From Alistipes sp. (GTDB lineage: Bacteria; Bacteroidota; Bacteroidia; Bacteroidales; Rikenellaceae), in the NCBI GenBank assembly GCA_017421945.1, contig JAFOHD010000088.1, positions 31,526-95,525 of the forward strand: 64,000 nt of DNA, in the 5' to 3' direction. This document shows, piece by piece, positions 18,231 to 28,561 of the stretch. A program made the translations under genes and the position numbers. Under the pieces are notes generated by a model. The model saw only the letters and a list, made by a program, of their open reading frames with translations. It did no database searches and was not told the DNA's origin. Position 1 is the first letter of the stretch. Each line of letters begins with the position of its first letter.

Positions 18231-20582
18231 ATGAAGAGATTACTTTTATCTGTATGTATTGCTATGGTTCTTGGAGCTTCGGCGCAGAATCCGCAGGAAC
18301 TGATAAAAACCTTTCGCCAAGGAGAACTTGCGCAAACACAGCTCGAGGCCTTACAAGGGAGCTACCAGCAACAACATGTAAAACGAGTCAGGACAGCAAG
18401 TAATAAAAAGAGCTATGCATCGCCCATCCCAGCTGATGCCAAGCATTCAGCAATGGAGGGCGAAAATCGCGTCGTGAATACTCTGCACGATAGCTCGGGA
18501 CATGACATCTTTGGCCATGCGCTGTTCTCTAATAGCCGCCTTACGTTTGAACCCGATTTGAGTATTGCTACCCCTAAAAACTATCTTTTAGGGGCTGGAG
18601 ACGAGATTGTGATTGATATTTGGGGCGATGCCCAACTCTCCATAAGTGAAGTAATCTCTCCCGAGGGGAATGTTAATCTTAGGGGCATAGGTTTGGTGTC
18701 GTTGGCGGGGTTAACCATTGAGCAGGCTGCGCAGCGATTGAAAAGTAGATTAACCTCGATATACGAAGGCTTGCGTGACGGAAGTGTTCAGATGACCATC
18801 TCGCTTGGTAGGATTCGCAGTATTCAGGTCAATGTCATGGGCGAGGTAGGCATGGCGGGGACATACACACTTCCTTCACTTGCCACTTTGTATCATGCTA
18901 TGTATGTGGCGGGAGGGGTAAGTGACTTGGGAACGATGCGTGCTATACAATTATATAGAGATGGAGAGCTACACTCCGAGATAGATATATATAATTATAT
19001 TCTCAAAGGCGATGCCAAACGAAATATTGTTCTGCGAGAGGGGGATTTGGTTGTTGTGCCCACGTATGAGAAGATTGTGAGCATATCGGGCGAGGTAAAA
19101 CGACCGATGCGTTATGAGATGAGGGATACAGAGACTCTTGCCGACCTTATCGCATTTGCAGGGGGCTTCAGCGGCGACGCCAATCGCAGTTGGCTGAACA
19201 TCACACGCCATCAGGGCGGAAAGTATATATCCTTTACGGTTGAGGAACCTGATTTCGATGGTTTTGAGTTGCAGGATGGTGATGAGGTGAAGGTTGGTGG
19301 GGGCATTAATCGTCACGAAAACAGGGTACGCATCACAGGTGCAGTTTATAGAGAGGGATACTATGCGATAGATGACAAGGTCACAACTCTTAAGCAACTT
19401 ATCTCTCGTGCCGATGGTCTGCGTGAGGATGCCTTCCTGTCGCGAGCCATACTCTATCGCGAAAAACCCGATTGGACCACGGAACTTATGCCGATTGATT
19501 TGGCGCGTCTTATGGCTGGCGAGATTGAAGATGTTGAACTGCAAGCCAACGATTGGTTGGTAGTGTCTTCGGTCGGGGATATGCGTGAGGAGTATAAAGT
19601 AACAATCTTTGGTGAGGTGAGACATCCTGGGACATACCCCTATGTCGATAATATGACCGTCGAGGATTTGATTGTCGCAGCAAGCGGTCTGCGCGAGGCG
19701 GCATCGACGGTGAATGTCACCATTACACGTCGCATAAAACAGCCTACTAAACTACATGTCAATGAAAAACTATTCGATATTTTCACCATTGAGCTAAAAG
19801 ATGGTCTGGTTGTTGATGATTCTGGTGAAGGATTCTATCTTCAGCCTTTCGACCAAGTGTATATACGTCGTTCTCCCGTATATGTTGCGCAAAACTCTAT
19901 CTCGGTGCGTGGTGAGGTTGCTTTTGAGGGTAATTATCCCCTTTCGCACCGCAATATGCGGCTTTCCGAAGCTGTGAAAGCTGCGGGGGGAGTAAATCCA
20001 GGAGCGTATCTTGGGGGTGCTTATCTGTTAAGGAAGCTCACCGATGAGGAGCGGTTGCAGAGACAGCGATTGCAACAGATGATAGATGCCCAGGCACGTA
20101 AAACCAACAAAATGGAGGACGGTGAAGTGCCCAATGTGGTGATTGACAGCGTGGTGCTGCAGGATGTCTATCCTATTGGCATAGATTTAAGTGCAGCCAT
20201 AAACCGGCCTCTGTCAGATGCTGATGTGGTGTTGCGTGACGGGGATGTTATATACATCCCAGAATATAATGGCACGGTGCGTATCATGGGGACTGTGCTT
20301 TATCCCAATACAGTCACCTATGCCGAGGGTAAGAGCGTGAAGTACTACATCAAGTCGGCGGGAGGCTTTGACAATAATGCCCGCAAGCGCAGGGTGTTTG
20401 TCATTCATATGAATGGTATGGTGGAGTCTGGCCCACATGCAAAGGTGCGCCCCGGCTCTATAATCATTGTGCCGAGCAGAATGAATCGTGGCACGTTTAG
20501 GTGGGGAGATGTTGTGCAGAGTGTTTCAAGTGCAGCTTCGATGGCTGCCGTTGTGGCTTCGGCAATAAGTTTGGCAAGGTAA
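18231..20582 (+). CDS. Polysaccharide export protein with multiple SLBB domains (Wza/KpsD-like)
   Basis: Poly_export motif YLLGAGDEIVIDIWG, repeated V.I.GEV..PG.Y.....L..LI..AGG SLBB units, and a C-terminal amphipathic helix. Confidence 0.88.
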   Translation: MKRLLLSVCIAMVLGASAQNPQELIKTFRQGELAQTQLEALQGSYQQQHVKRVRTASNKKSYASPIPADAKHSAMEGENRVVNTLHDSSGHDIFGHALFSNSRLTFEPDLSIATPKNYLLGAGDEIVIDIWGDAQLSISEVISPEGNVNLRGIGLVSLAGLTIEQAAQRLKSRLTSIYEGLRDGSVQMTISLGRIRSIQVNVMGEVGMAGTYTLPSLATLYHAMYVAGGVSDLGTMRAIQLYRDGELHSEIDIYNYILKGDAKRNIVLREGDLVVVPTYEKIVSISGEVKRPMRYEMRDTETLADLIAFAGGFSGDANRSWLNITRHQGGKYISFTVEEPDFDGFELQDGDEVKVGGGINRHENRVRITGAVYREGYYAIDDKVTTLKQLISRADGLREDAFLSRAILYREKPDWTTELMPIDLARLMAGEIEDVELQANDWLVVSSVGDMREEYKVTIFGEVRHPGTYPYVDNMTVEDLIVAASGLREAASTVNVTITRRIKQPTKLHVNEKLFDIFTIELKDGLVVDDSGEGFYLQPFDQVYIRRSPVYVAQNSISVRGEVAFEGNYPLSHRNMRLSEAVKAAGGVNPGAYLGGAYLLRKLTDEERLQRQRLQQMIDAQARKTNKMEDGEVPNVVIDSVVLQDVYPIGIDLSAAINRPLSDADVVLRDGDVIYIPEYNGTVRIMGTVLYPNTVTYAEGKSVKYYIKSAGGFDNNARKRRVFVIHMNGMVESGPHAKVRPGSIIIVPSRMNRGTFRWGDVVQSVSSAASMAAVVASAISLAR

Positions 20583-20594
20583 AGAGTTGCAAGT

Positions 20595-21680
20595 ATGGAG
20601 CAGTTGAAAAATCAAAGATCCTTAACGGTGGAGGATGCCGATATAGATGTTGTAGAGCTGATGCAGCGTCTGTGGCGTAATAAAGGCTTTATATTAAAGG
20701 TTACGTTTGTGTGCGTGGTCCTTGGCCTTGGTGTCGCACTCTTGATTCCTAAGCGGTTTACAGCCTCGTGTGATTTTGTGCCCCAGGTCACTGCCGGTTT
20801 GGGACAATCTCGTATATCGTCAATTGTACGATTGGCAGGGGTTGATTTAAGTCAAAATCAGGATGTTGAAATGTTATCTCCCTGTGTGTATGAGAATATC
20901 TTGACAAGTACAAGGTTTCGTAAGGAGCTTATGCATACAAAAATCAATGTCGAGGATGTAGCGTATCCTATCAGTATATATGAGTATTATTCTCTTCACA
21001 GAGATATGCTCTCCAGGCCCGAGGCGGCTCCTCTGCCAGGTGTGGCTCCCAATATCGAGACCTTGACGCAGGATGAATATTGTGCCATTAAGCAGCTGGC
21101 AGAGCAGCTACGCCTGACGCTTGATAACAAGAACGGTTATGTGACCATATCTGCCACAATGCCGGAGCCTTTGGCGGCGGCTCAACTTGCTCAAGCCGCT
21201 GTTGAACTTTTACAAAAGTATATCACTGAATTTAAGATTGCCACTGTGAAGTCGAATCTGGATTTTGTGCAGCAGCGTCACGACGAGCTGAAGCTTAGTT
21301 TGGAGAGTGTGCAGGCACGCAGGGCGCGTTATCGTGACGCTAATCAGAATATGGTTCGAAATTCGGCACGCATGGAGCTGGAACGACTTGAGGCGGAGTA
21401 TCAATTGGCGATGAATATGTATGGAGAGATGGCTATGCAGTTGCAGCAGGCAAAAATAAGGGTGAAGGAGACCATGCCAATGCTTACGATAATAAATCCT
21501 GTCACAGTGCCTACACATAGGAGCAGCCCGCAGCGGATGAAAATATTGCTGGCGTCGTTGTTTGTGGGGCTGGTTATGGGAGGGTGTGGAGTTGTGGTGA
21601 TTCCTACGATTGCCGATGTGGTAGGGTCTAGCCGTTTACGAGCTTTAATAAATGTCGAGGCTGTAAAAAGTAACACTTAA
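20595..21680 (+). CDS. Wzz/GumC-like chain length determinant
   Basis: DIDVVEL..RLW N-terminus, two terminal TMs, a periplasmic coiled coil and a PVTVP..RSSPQR motif. Confidence 0.82.
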   Translation: MEQLKNQRSLTVEDADIDVVELMQRLWRNKGFILKVTFVCVVLGLGVALLIPKRFTASCDFVPQVTAGLGQSRISSIVRLAGVDLSQNQDVEMLSPCVYENILTSTRFRKELMHTKINVEDVAYPISIYEYYSLHRDMLSRPEAAPLPGVAPNIETLTQDEYCAIKQLAEQLRLTLDNKNGYVTISATMPEPLAAAQLAQAAVELLQKYITEFKIATVKSNLDFVQQRHDELKLSLESVQARRARYRDANQNMVRNSARMELERLEAEYQLAMNMYGEMAMQLQQAKIRVKETMPMLTIINPVTVPTHRSSPQRMKILLASLFVGLVMGGCGVVVIPTIADVVGSSRLRALINVEAVKSNT

Positions 21681-21691
21681 ACTATTGCGAT

Positions 21692-22843
21692 ATGGTCGAA
21701 TTGTTCTCATTATTGCTACCGTTTGTGGTTGCAATGATGGTTGTGGTTGTCACGCAGCCATCTTTGGTGAAGATTGCTCAGATGAAGCAGATTGTGGATA
21801 ATCCCTCGGCACGCAAACTCAACAAGAAGCCTGTGCCAGTATTGGGCGGTGTGGCGATATTCTTTGGTGTGATATTCAGCGTAGGTGTTGCGGGATACTA
21901 TGTCGAGGGACTTGACATTGAGTTTGAGATTATAATAGCCATGCTTGTCATGTTATATACGGGTGTGGGAGACGATATATTGCAACTCTCACCCAGCCTG
22001 CGCTTTGCGTTGCAGATATTTACCGTAGGGCTCATGATGTTTCTGGGCGGTATCTACATAGATAATTTTCATGGCCTATGGGGAATCTATCGTCTGCCGT
22101 GGTATGTGGCAGTTGGGTTGACCACCTTTTCGTGCGTGGGAATCATCAATGCGATAAACCTAATTGATGGCGTCGATGGCTTGTGCTCGGGCTTTGGAGT
22201 CTTTGCGTCGCTGCTCTTTGCAGTCTGTTTCAGGCGTATGGGCGATATCTCATATGTGGTGTTGTCGCTTGCGGTGGCGGGGGCGCTCATCCCATTCATG
22301 TTGCATAATATTTTTGGCAAAAGATATAAGATGTTCCTCGGTGATGGCGGCTCGCTGGTGTTGGGCTTTATCTGTTCGTTGTATGTCATGCGCATTATTC
22401 AGTCGGGTGATGAGGTCGTGACTGGTTCTACGATAAGTTTTACGCTGGCCGTCCTTGCTGTTCCCGTATTTGATACGGTCAGAGTTATGGCGGCACGTAT
22501 CATCAATCGCCGCTCACCCTTTAGTGCAGATAAAACACACCTGCACCACATGTTCATAGATTTGGGTTTTAGTCATGTAGCTACTTCGGTGGTAATCATA
22601 TTACTCGATGCTTTGGTGGTTATGGTGTGGCATATGTGCAATGTGTGGAATCTTAGCCCCGAGTATCAGCTATATGTGACTATTACAACTGGGGTGTGGG
22701 TGACAAGTGGGCTCTATTATGGCATTGACTATATAAAGCGACAGCATGAGGTGTTGTATGACGAATTGCAAAAAAATGTAAAGCGTTATAAGTTGCAAAA
22801 TACAGGATTTCTGATTAAATTGCGGGATGTATTGGATAAATAA
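21692..22843 (+). CDS. MraY/WecA-family undecaprenyl-phosphate GlcNAc-1-P transferase
   Basis: Motifs DNPSARK, P.LGG, GDD, INAINLIDGVDG, FLGDGGS and ADKTHLHH. Confidence 0.9.
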   Translation: MVELFSLLLPFVVAMMVVVVTQPSLVKIAQMKQIVDNPSARKLNKKPVPVLGGVAIFFGVIFSVGVAGYYVEGLDIEFEIIIAMLVMLYTGVGDDILQLSPSLRFALQIFTVGLMMFLGGIYIDNFHGLWGIYRLPWYVAVGLTTFSCVGIINAINLIDGVDGLCSGFGVFASLLFAVCFRRMGDISYVVLSLAVAGALIPFMLHNIFGKRYKMFLGDGGSLVLGFICSLYVMRIIQSGDEVVTGSTISFTLAVLAVPVFDTVRVMAARIINRRSPFSADKTHLHHMFIDLGFSHVATSVVIILLDALVVMVWHMCNVWNLSPEYQLYVTITTGVWVTSGLYYGIDYIKRQHEVLYDELQKNVKRYKLQNTGFLIKLRDVLDK

Positions 22844-22906
22844 CATAATTAGAGGAAGCGTAAGTATAGGCTAACCTCTTAATTATGAGATATTAAGAGT
22901 AAAATT

Positions 22907-24109
22907 ATGCCAAAAATTTCAGAACGTGCCGTCAAGATGCCGGCATCCCCTATCCGCAAGTTGGGACCTTTGGCAGATGCTGCAAAGAGCCGTGGGGTGA
23001 AAATTTATCACTTAAATATAGGTCAGCCCGATTTGCCTACACCCAAGGAGGGCTTGGAGGCCTTGAAGAAAATTGACCGTGAGTTGCTGGAGTATAGCCC
23101 AAGCGATGGATATCTTTCGTTAAGAGAGAAACTTGTAGCCTATTACGACCAGTATCAGATTAAACTGCAACCCGAGGATATCATCATCACAACGGGAGGT
23201 TCCGAGGCTGTGCTGTTCGCCTTTATGTCGTGCCTGAATCCGGGCGATGAGATTATCATCCCCGAGCCAGCCTATGCCAACTATATGGCATTTGCCATTT
23301 CGGCAGGAGCAGTCATTCGTACCGTATCAACTTCTATTGACGAGGGTTTTGCCTTGCCTAAAGTTGAGCAGTTTGAGGAGCTTATAAACGAACGCACACG
23401 AGGCATCTTGATATGCAATCCCAACAACCCCACGGGTTATCTTTATACCCGCAAGGAGATGAATCGCATCAGGGACTTGGTGAAGAAGTACGACTTGTTC
23501 CTCTTCTCGGATGAGGTGTATCGTGAATATATTTACACAGGCTCACCCTACATATCGGCGTGTCATCTGGAGGGTATTGAGGAGAATGTGGTGTTGATAG
23601 ACTCTGTATCGAAACGCTACTCGGAGTGTGGTATCCGCATTGGCGCATTGATAACGAAGAATCACACTCTGCGTAATGCCGTGATGAAGTTTTGCCAGGC
23701 TCGCCTCAGCCCACCCCTCATAGGTCAGATTGTTGCCGAGGCTTCGATGGATGCCTCGCGCGCCTATATGATTCATACCTACGAGGAGTATATCGAGCGT
23801 CGTAACTGCCTTATTGATGGCTTGAACAAGATTCCGGGGGTGTATTCACCTATCCCCATGGGAGCATTCTATACCGTTGCCCGTCTGCCTATTGACGATT
23901 GTGACAAGTTCTGTGCATGGTGTCTTGAGGAGTTTGAGTATGAGGGCGAAACGGTTATGCTGGCTCCTGCATCGGGATTCTATACCGATTCGAGCAAAGG
24001 CCGTGACGAGGTGCGTATTGCCTATGTCTTGAAGAAGGAGGATTTGCGCCGAGCGTTGTTCATCTTGGGTAAGGCGTTGGAGGCATATCCTGGCAGAGTT
24101 GAGCGTTAA
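22907..24109 (+). CDS. PLP-dependent aminotransferase, class I/II (aspartate aminotransferase-like)
   Basis: Motifs LNIGQPD, NPNNPTG, SDEVY and SVSKRYS..GIRIG. Confidence 0.9.
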   Translation: MPKISERAVKMPASPIRKLGPLADAAKSRGVKIYHLNIGQPDLPTPKEGLEALKKIDRELLEYSPSDGYLSLREKLVAYYDQYQIKLQPEDIIITTGGSEAVLFAFMSCLNPGDEIIIPEPAYANYMAFAISAGAVIRTVSTSIDEGFALPKVEQFEELINERTRGILICNPNNPTGYLYTRKEMNRIRDLVKKYDLFLFSDEVYREYIYTGSPYISACHLEGIEENVVLIDSVSKRYSECGIRIGALITKNHTLRNAVMKFCQARLSPPLIGQIVAEASMDASRAYMIHTYEEYIERRNCLIDGLNKIPGVYSPIPMGAFYTVARLPIDDCDKFCAWCLEEFEYEGETVMLAPASGFYTDSSKGRDEVRIAYVLKKEDLRRALFILGKALEAYPGRVER

Positions 24110-24121
24110 TGATTGAGGAGC

Positions 24122-24715
24122 ATGTTATTACATGATAAACTTAAGTCCTGGAGCTTGATATTGGCATCGCAGTCGCCACGTCGCCGCCAGCTACTTGGTG
24201 AGGCGGGTATTGATTTCCGGTTAGCTCCCAGGTATGAGTGCGATGAGGTATATCCTCCGCAACTGCCTGCTGCTGAAGTGGCGGAGTATCTATCACGCCT
24301 GAAAAGTGATGCCTATCCTCAGTCGCTTGCGCCGAATGATATTCTGCTTACAGCCGACACGGTGGTCGTAGTTGATAATCGCATATTGGGGAAACCTGCT
24401 AATCGTGATAAGGCTATTGCTATGATAGAGAGCCTTTCTGGTCGTGAGCATGAGGTCATAACCGGTGTTACGTTACGCAACACAGTAAAGGCTGTTAGTT
24501 TTTCATCACACTCTGTGGTGCGTTTCCGCCACCTCTCGCGTGAGGAGATAGAGTATTATATTGACACTTATGCACCTATAGACAAGGCCGGGGCATATGG
24601 TATCCAGGAGTGGATAGGTTATGTCGGAATCGAGGGTATTGAAGGTTCTTTCTTCAATGTCATGGGGCTTCCGGTGCAACGTCTTTATTGTGAGCTGGAA
24701 AAGTTTATAGGATAG
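24122..24715 (+). CDS. maf: Maf family nucleoside triphosphate pyrophosphatase
   Basis: Motifs LASQSPRR, TADTVV, GKP, DKAGAYGIQ and NVMGLP. Confidence 0.92.
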   Translation: MLLHDKLKSWSLILASQSPRRRQLLGEAGIDFRLAPRYECDEVYPPQLPAAEVAEYLSRLKSDAYPQSLAPNDILLTADTVVVVDNRILGKPANRDKAIAMIESLSGREHEVITGVTLRNTVKAVSFSSHSVVRFRHLSREEIEYYIDTYAPIDKAGAYGIQEWIGYVGIEGIEGSFFNVMGLPVQRLYCELEKFIG

Positions 24716-24718
24716 AGT

Positions 24719-24751
24719 AAAAAAAGGATGAGAAGTTCTCATCCTTTTTTT
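24719..24751. terminator. Bidirectional intrinsic terminator
   Basis: aaaaaaaggatgaga/tctcatccttttttt between convergent maf and rodA. Confidence 0.85.
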
Positions 24752-26204
24752 ATACTCGCATCAGTCCGTTTCTTGGCGATGCATCAAGGCGTATTGCGAT
24801 GAACACCAGAATGGTAAAGGCTACAAGTGACGAGCCTCCGTAGCTGAGGAATGGCAGCGGGATACCCATCACGGGCATAAGTCCCACATTCATGCCTATG
24901 TTCACCAGCACATGGAACAGCAGAATAGATGCCACACAGTAGCTGTATATGCGGCCGAACGGTTCCTCCTGGCGCTCGCCCATCTTCATCAGGCGCAGAA
25001 TGAGCATACACAGTAGCGTGAGAACGAACACTACACCCACAAATCCCCACTCCTCACCTACGGTGCAGAAAATAAAGTCGGTCTCCTTCTCTGGTACGAA
25101 GTATTTGTTCTGCGTGCCCTCCATGAACCCTTTGCCAAACAAACCACCCGAGCCAATGGCAATCTTCGCCTGGTTTACGTTGTAGTCGGCACCCTTAGGG
25201 TCGCTCATGATACCCAAGAAGCTGAGGATACGTAACTTCTGGTGGGGCTGTAGTACCGATTCGAAAATCTTGTCGGCTGTGGGGACAAAAATCATGGAGC
25301 CGATGAACAATCCCGCCGAGAGAAATATGGCCGATATGTTTTTACGGAAAGCATATATCGCGGCAATGATTATGGCTATGATGACAGTCGTCGCCAGGCA
25401 TGTATATCCACTTAAGGCCTGCTCGCACACAAGTGCTGAGCCTCCATAAAGAGCAAACGAGGATATAGCTATGGTTGCAAGGAATATGATGTGGGCCTTC
25501 CAGTGGCCAATCATCATGGCGTTACAGAATGTGAATATCAGCACCAGCACCATAAGCAGGAATAATGGTGTGAATAGGAATGAGAAGATGAACAGAGCAG
25601 CAACCATAATGGCTGGAATACATAGCCATTTATTCAATCCCTCACGGTAAAGCACAATGATAAACGAGCAGAGGACAACTCCCGAGCCTGTGTCGTTCTG
25701 CATGATGATGATGGCCAGCGGCAGCAAGATTAAGAATCCTACGTGTATCAGGTCGCCCAACTGCTTGATAGAGTAGTTGTAGTTGCTCATCAGGCGTGCC
25801 ACGGCAAGAGCCACAGTAATCTTGGTGAACTCCACGGGCTGAATCACAAAGCTGCCGAATGTGTACCACGCCTTTGCTCCGTTCAGCGGGCGTGCCAGGC
25901 TGTCGGGTAGAATTATAGTACCTAAAATCAGCAATACACCTATGGCATAGGCGTAGTAGGCGTACATGTGATAGTAGCGTGAATCCAGCAGCAGTATGAC
26001 AAGTGCTGCCACCATGGCCACACATGCCCACGCCGCCTGCTTGATGTGGAAGTGCGAGAATGAGAAGAAATCGGTAATGGTAGCATCCTCAAATGAAACT
26101 GAGGTGATGCAGATAAGACCCGACAACACCAACAGCAGGTAGAGAACCACGGTTACGCGATCCACACCCTCAAAAAGTGGTATATTGTTACTTCTTCGTG
26201 ACAT
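24750..26204 (-). CDS. rodA: Rod shape-determining protein RodA (SEDS family)
   Basis: Motifs QPVEFTK, NDTG, AIGSGG.FGKG, PEKETDFIF...GEEWG and GIPLPFLSYGGSS; last gene of the mre operon. Confidence 0.93.
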   Translation of the reverse strand: MSRRSNNIPLFEGVDRVTVVLYLLLVLSGLICITSVSFEDATITDFFSFSHFHIKQAAWACVAMVAALVILLLDSRYYHMYAYYAYAIGVLLILGTIILPDSLARPLNGAKAWYTFGSFVIQPVEFTKITVALAVARLMSNYNYSIKQLGDLIHVGFLILLPLAIIIMQNDTGSGVVLCSFIIVLYREGLNKWLCIPAIMVAALFIFSFLFTPLFLLMVLVLIFTFCNAMMIGHWKAHIIFLATIAISSFALYGGSALVCEQALSGYTCLATTVIIAIIIAAIYAFRKNISAIFLSAGLFIGSMIFVPTADKIFESVLQPHQKLRILSFLGIMSDPKGADYNVNQAKIAIGSGGLFGKGFMEGTQNKYFVPEKETDFIFCTVGEEWGFVGVVFVLTLLCMLILRLMKMGERQEEPFGRIYSYCVASILLFHVLVNIGMNVGLMPVMGIPLPFLSYGGSSLVAFTILVFIAIRLDASPRNGLMRV

Positions 26205-28038
26205 TTTGATAACGCTTCGGTAGATAATAAGGTAAGTTTTTCACCTGCTCGACAAGTTGTGGGCGGGTGATGGTATCTGTCAGGTACATCTCCTCGATAA
26301 GGCTGGCGATAGGCAAGGCTGCCGAGGCGCCGAAGCCTCCATGCTCGACATATACCGAGATTGCAATCTTGGGATTGTCTTTTGGCGCAAACGACAAGAA
26401 TGTCGAGTGGTCACGACCATTGGGGTTCTGTGCCGTACCGGTCTTACCGCACACATCTAACCCTGGGAGGTATGCTCGGTATGATGTACCTGCACCCGGA
26501 ATGTTGGCGCCCTTCCACATGCCCTCAACAATAGGCTCGAAGTGCTTGGCATCGACACCCGAATATTGTTTCTCGTAGAAACGTCTATCAAGCGAATCCT
26601 GACCTTCGATGGCCTTCACGATGTGGGGAATGTAGTAATATCCTCGGTTAGCCACTATGGCTGCAAGGTTAGCCATCTGCAAAGGCGTACATCCCAACTC
26701 TCCCTGGCCGATAGAGAGCGAGAGTACGGTGTAGCTGTTCCATGAGCCGCGATATACGCGGTTGTAGTATGCTGCATCGGGAACATAACCACGTTGCTCG
26801 TCAAGGAAGTCGCTGTCGAGCTTGCGGCCGTAGCCAAAGCTATTCACATACTCAACCCACTTGTCAAGCCCCTCCTTAACATCCTTGTATTTGCGGTTCT
26901 CGATTATGTCGCGGAACACATAGCAGAAGTAGGCGTTGCACGATTGCGCCACGGCATTTCTTAAGTCAAGCGGAGATGCGTGAGGGTGGCAGCCCATCTT
27001 CTTCTTACCATAGCTGTAACCTCCATGGCATGGATATGCGTTGGCGGGTGTCAGCACTCCCTCTTGCAAGCCAATAAGACCCTGTACCAACTTGAATGTT
27101 GAGCCCGGAGGGTATTTGGCCTGCACGGCGCGGTTGAACATTGGCTTCTGCACGTCGCCCAGCATGCGCATGTAATTGTTGCCACGGTCGCTTCCCACCA
27201 TATCGTCAGGGTCGAATGTAGGAGATGATGCCATCACCAGAATCTCTCCCGAAGAGGGCTCAATTGCCACTACGGCACCAATCTTCCCCTTCATAAGTTC
27301 CTCGGCAAAGGCCTGTAATTTAACATCTATGGTTGATGTAATCTTCTTGCCCGGTATGGGCAGCGTGTCGTACATGCCGTCCATGTATGAGGCCTTGATG
27401 GCTCCGTGAGCATCGCGTTCAAGAATCTTAACTCCATCCTTGCCTCGCAGATACTTCTCGTAGGCACGCTCCAAACCACTTCGGCCTATATAGTCACCCA
27501 TCTTGTATTCGCCGCCACCATTTTTGATATCCTTGTCGTTTACCTCGCCAAGGTTACCCAGCAGATTACCTCCAATTTTGCGGGGATATTGGCGCACGGT
27601 ACGTTTTATGGTGTAGAAGCCGGGGTAGTTATGCTCCTCAAAACGCAACTTTGCCTCTTGTGAGACGTAGTTTTTTATTAGATAGGGGGCTCGGGGGGTC
27701 ATGCGGGCGTTCTTAAGACCTCGAATCATCTTCTCTTTCGATATCTCAATCACGTTGCATAGACGCATTGTGTCGAAGCCGGCCTTATCCATATCGCGCC
27801 ACACAACCATCAGGTCATAGCACTCTTTGCTCTGGACTATAAACTCGCCATTGCGATCTACGACCTCACCTCGTGGGGCATACTGCACCTCATAGCGCAA
27901 TACGTTATTTGCTGCCATGCGCTTGTATTGGGTGTCGATGATTTGAAGATACCCCGTGCGGCAAGCAATAATGATGAAGATGGAGATTACAATCCACCTC
28001 AGAATAGTTTGTCGTATGTATGCGTCGTTGTTAGACAT
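26188..28038 (-). CDS. mrdA: Penicillin-binding protein 2
   Basis: APRGE..DRNG, and the three PBP motifs PGSTFK (SxxK), SCN (SxN) and KTGTAQ. Confidence 0.93.
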   Translation of the reverse strand: MSNNDAYIRQTILRWIVISIFIIIACRTGYLQIIDTQYKRMAANNVLRYEVQYAPRGEVVDRNGEFIVQSKECYDLMVVWRDMDKAGFDTMRLCNVIEISKEKMIRGLKNARMTPRAPYLIKNYVSQEAKLRFEEHNYPGFYTIKRTVRQYPRKIGGNLLGNLGEVNDKDIKNGGGEYKMGDYIGRSGLERAYEKYLRGKDGVKILERDAHGAIKASYMDGMYDTLPIPGKKITSTIDVKLQAFAEELMKGKIGAVVAIEPSSGEILVMASSPTFDPDDMVGSDRGNNYMRMLGDVQKPMFNRAVQAKYPPGSTFKLVQGLIGLQEGVLTPANAYPCHGGYSYGKKKMGCHPHASPLDLRNAVAQSCNAYFCYVFRDIIENRKYKDVKEGLDKWVEYVNSFGYGRKLDSDFLDEQRGYVPDAAYYNRVYRGSWNSYTVLSLSIGQGELGCTPLQMANLAAIVANRGYYYIPHIVKAIEGQDSLDRRFYEKQYSGVDAKHFEPIVEGMWKGANIPGAGTSYRAYLPGLDVCGKTGTAQNPNGRDHSTFLSFAPKDNPKIAISVYVEHGGFGASAALPIASLIEEMYLTDTITRPQLVEQVKNLPYYLPKRYQNVTKK

Positions 28039-28041
28039 GAA

Positions 28042-28557
28042 TTATCTATTCAAAATCTTTTCAATAAATAGTTTTACAAAATAGTAGATAAACATCACCG
28101 TGGCAATGTCGCTCACAATCAGACGCAGCAGCGTGTGAAGGATGTGCATAAGCGATAGCGACTCCATCATGAAGTATATGCCGCTATGTAGTACCACCAT
28201 TGCTATTATGTACCATTGGAAGTTCTTTTCTGGCAGACGGTGAAGCGATGTGTCGGAGGCATCGGTACCCATGGCATGGCCTGTGACCATCTTTAGTACA
28301 AATGGCCGCAGGAATCCTGTCGCTGTAGTGGCAATAATGTTAAGACCTCCCATGCCTGTCATAACGTCAATGGTAAGGCCCAACAAAGCCGACAACAGCA
28401 CCATCCAAATGGGCTTGGTGTCGAGTGGTAGGAGTATGATAAATGCCACATATATCAGTGGATGAAAATAGACACTGAGTGAGATGTTGTCAATAAGGAA
28501 TATCTGCAACAACACCAGCGTTAGGAAAGCACCAGCGTATAAAATATTCTTTTGCAT
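28042..28557 (-). CDS. mreD: Rod shape-determining protein MreD
   Basis: Small polytopic membrane protein (P.IYV.FI.LLP, GL.ID) located between mreC and mrdA. Confidence 0.85.
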   Translation of the reverse strand: MQKNILYAGAFLTLVLLQIFLIDNISLSVYFHPLIYVAFIILLPLDTKPIWMVLLSALLGLTIDVMTGMGGLNIIATTATGFLRPFVLKMVTGHAMGTDASDTSLHRLPEKNFQWYIIAMVVLHSGIYFMMESLSLMHILHTLLRLIVSDIATVMFIYYFVKLFIEKILNR

Positions 28558-28561
28558 AGGT

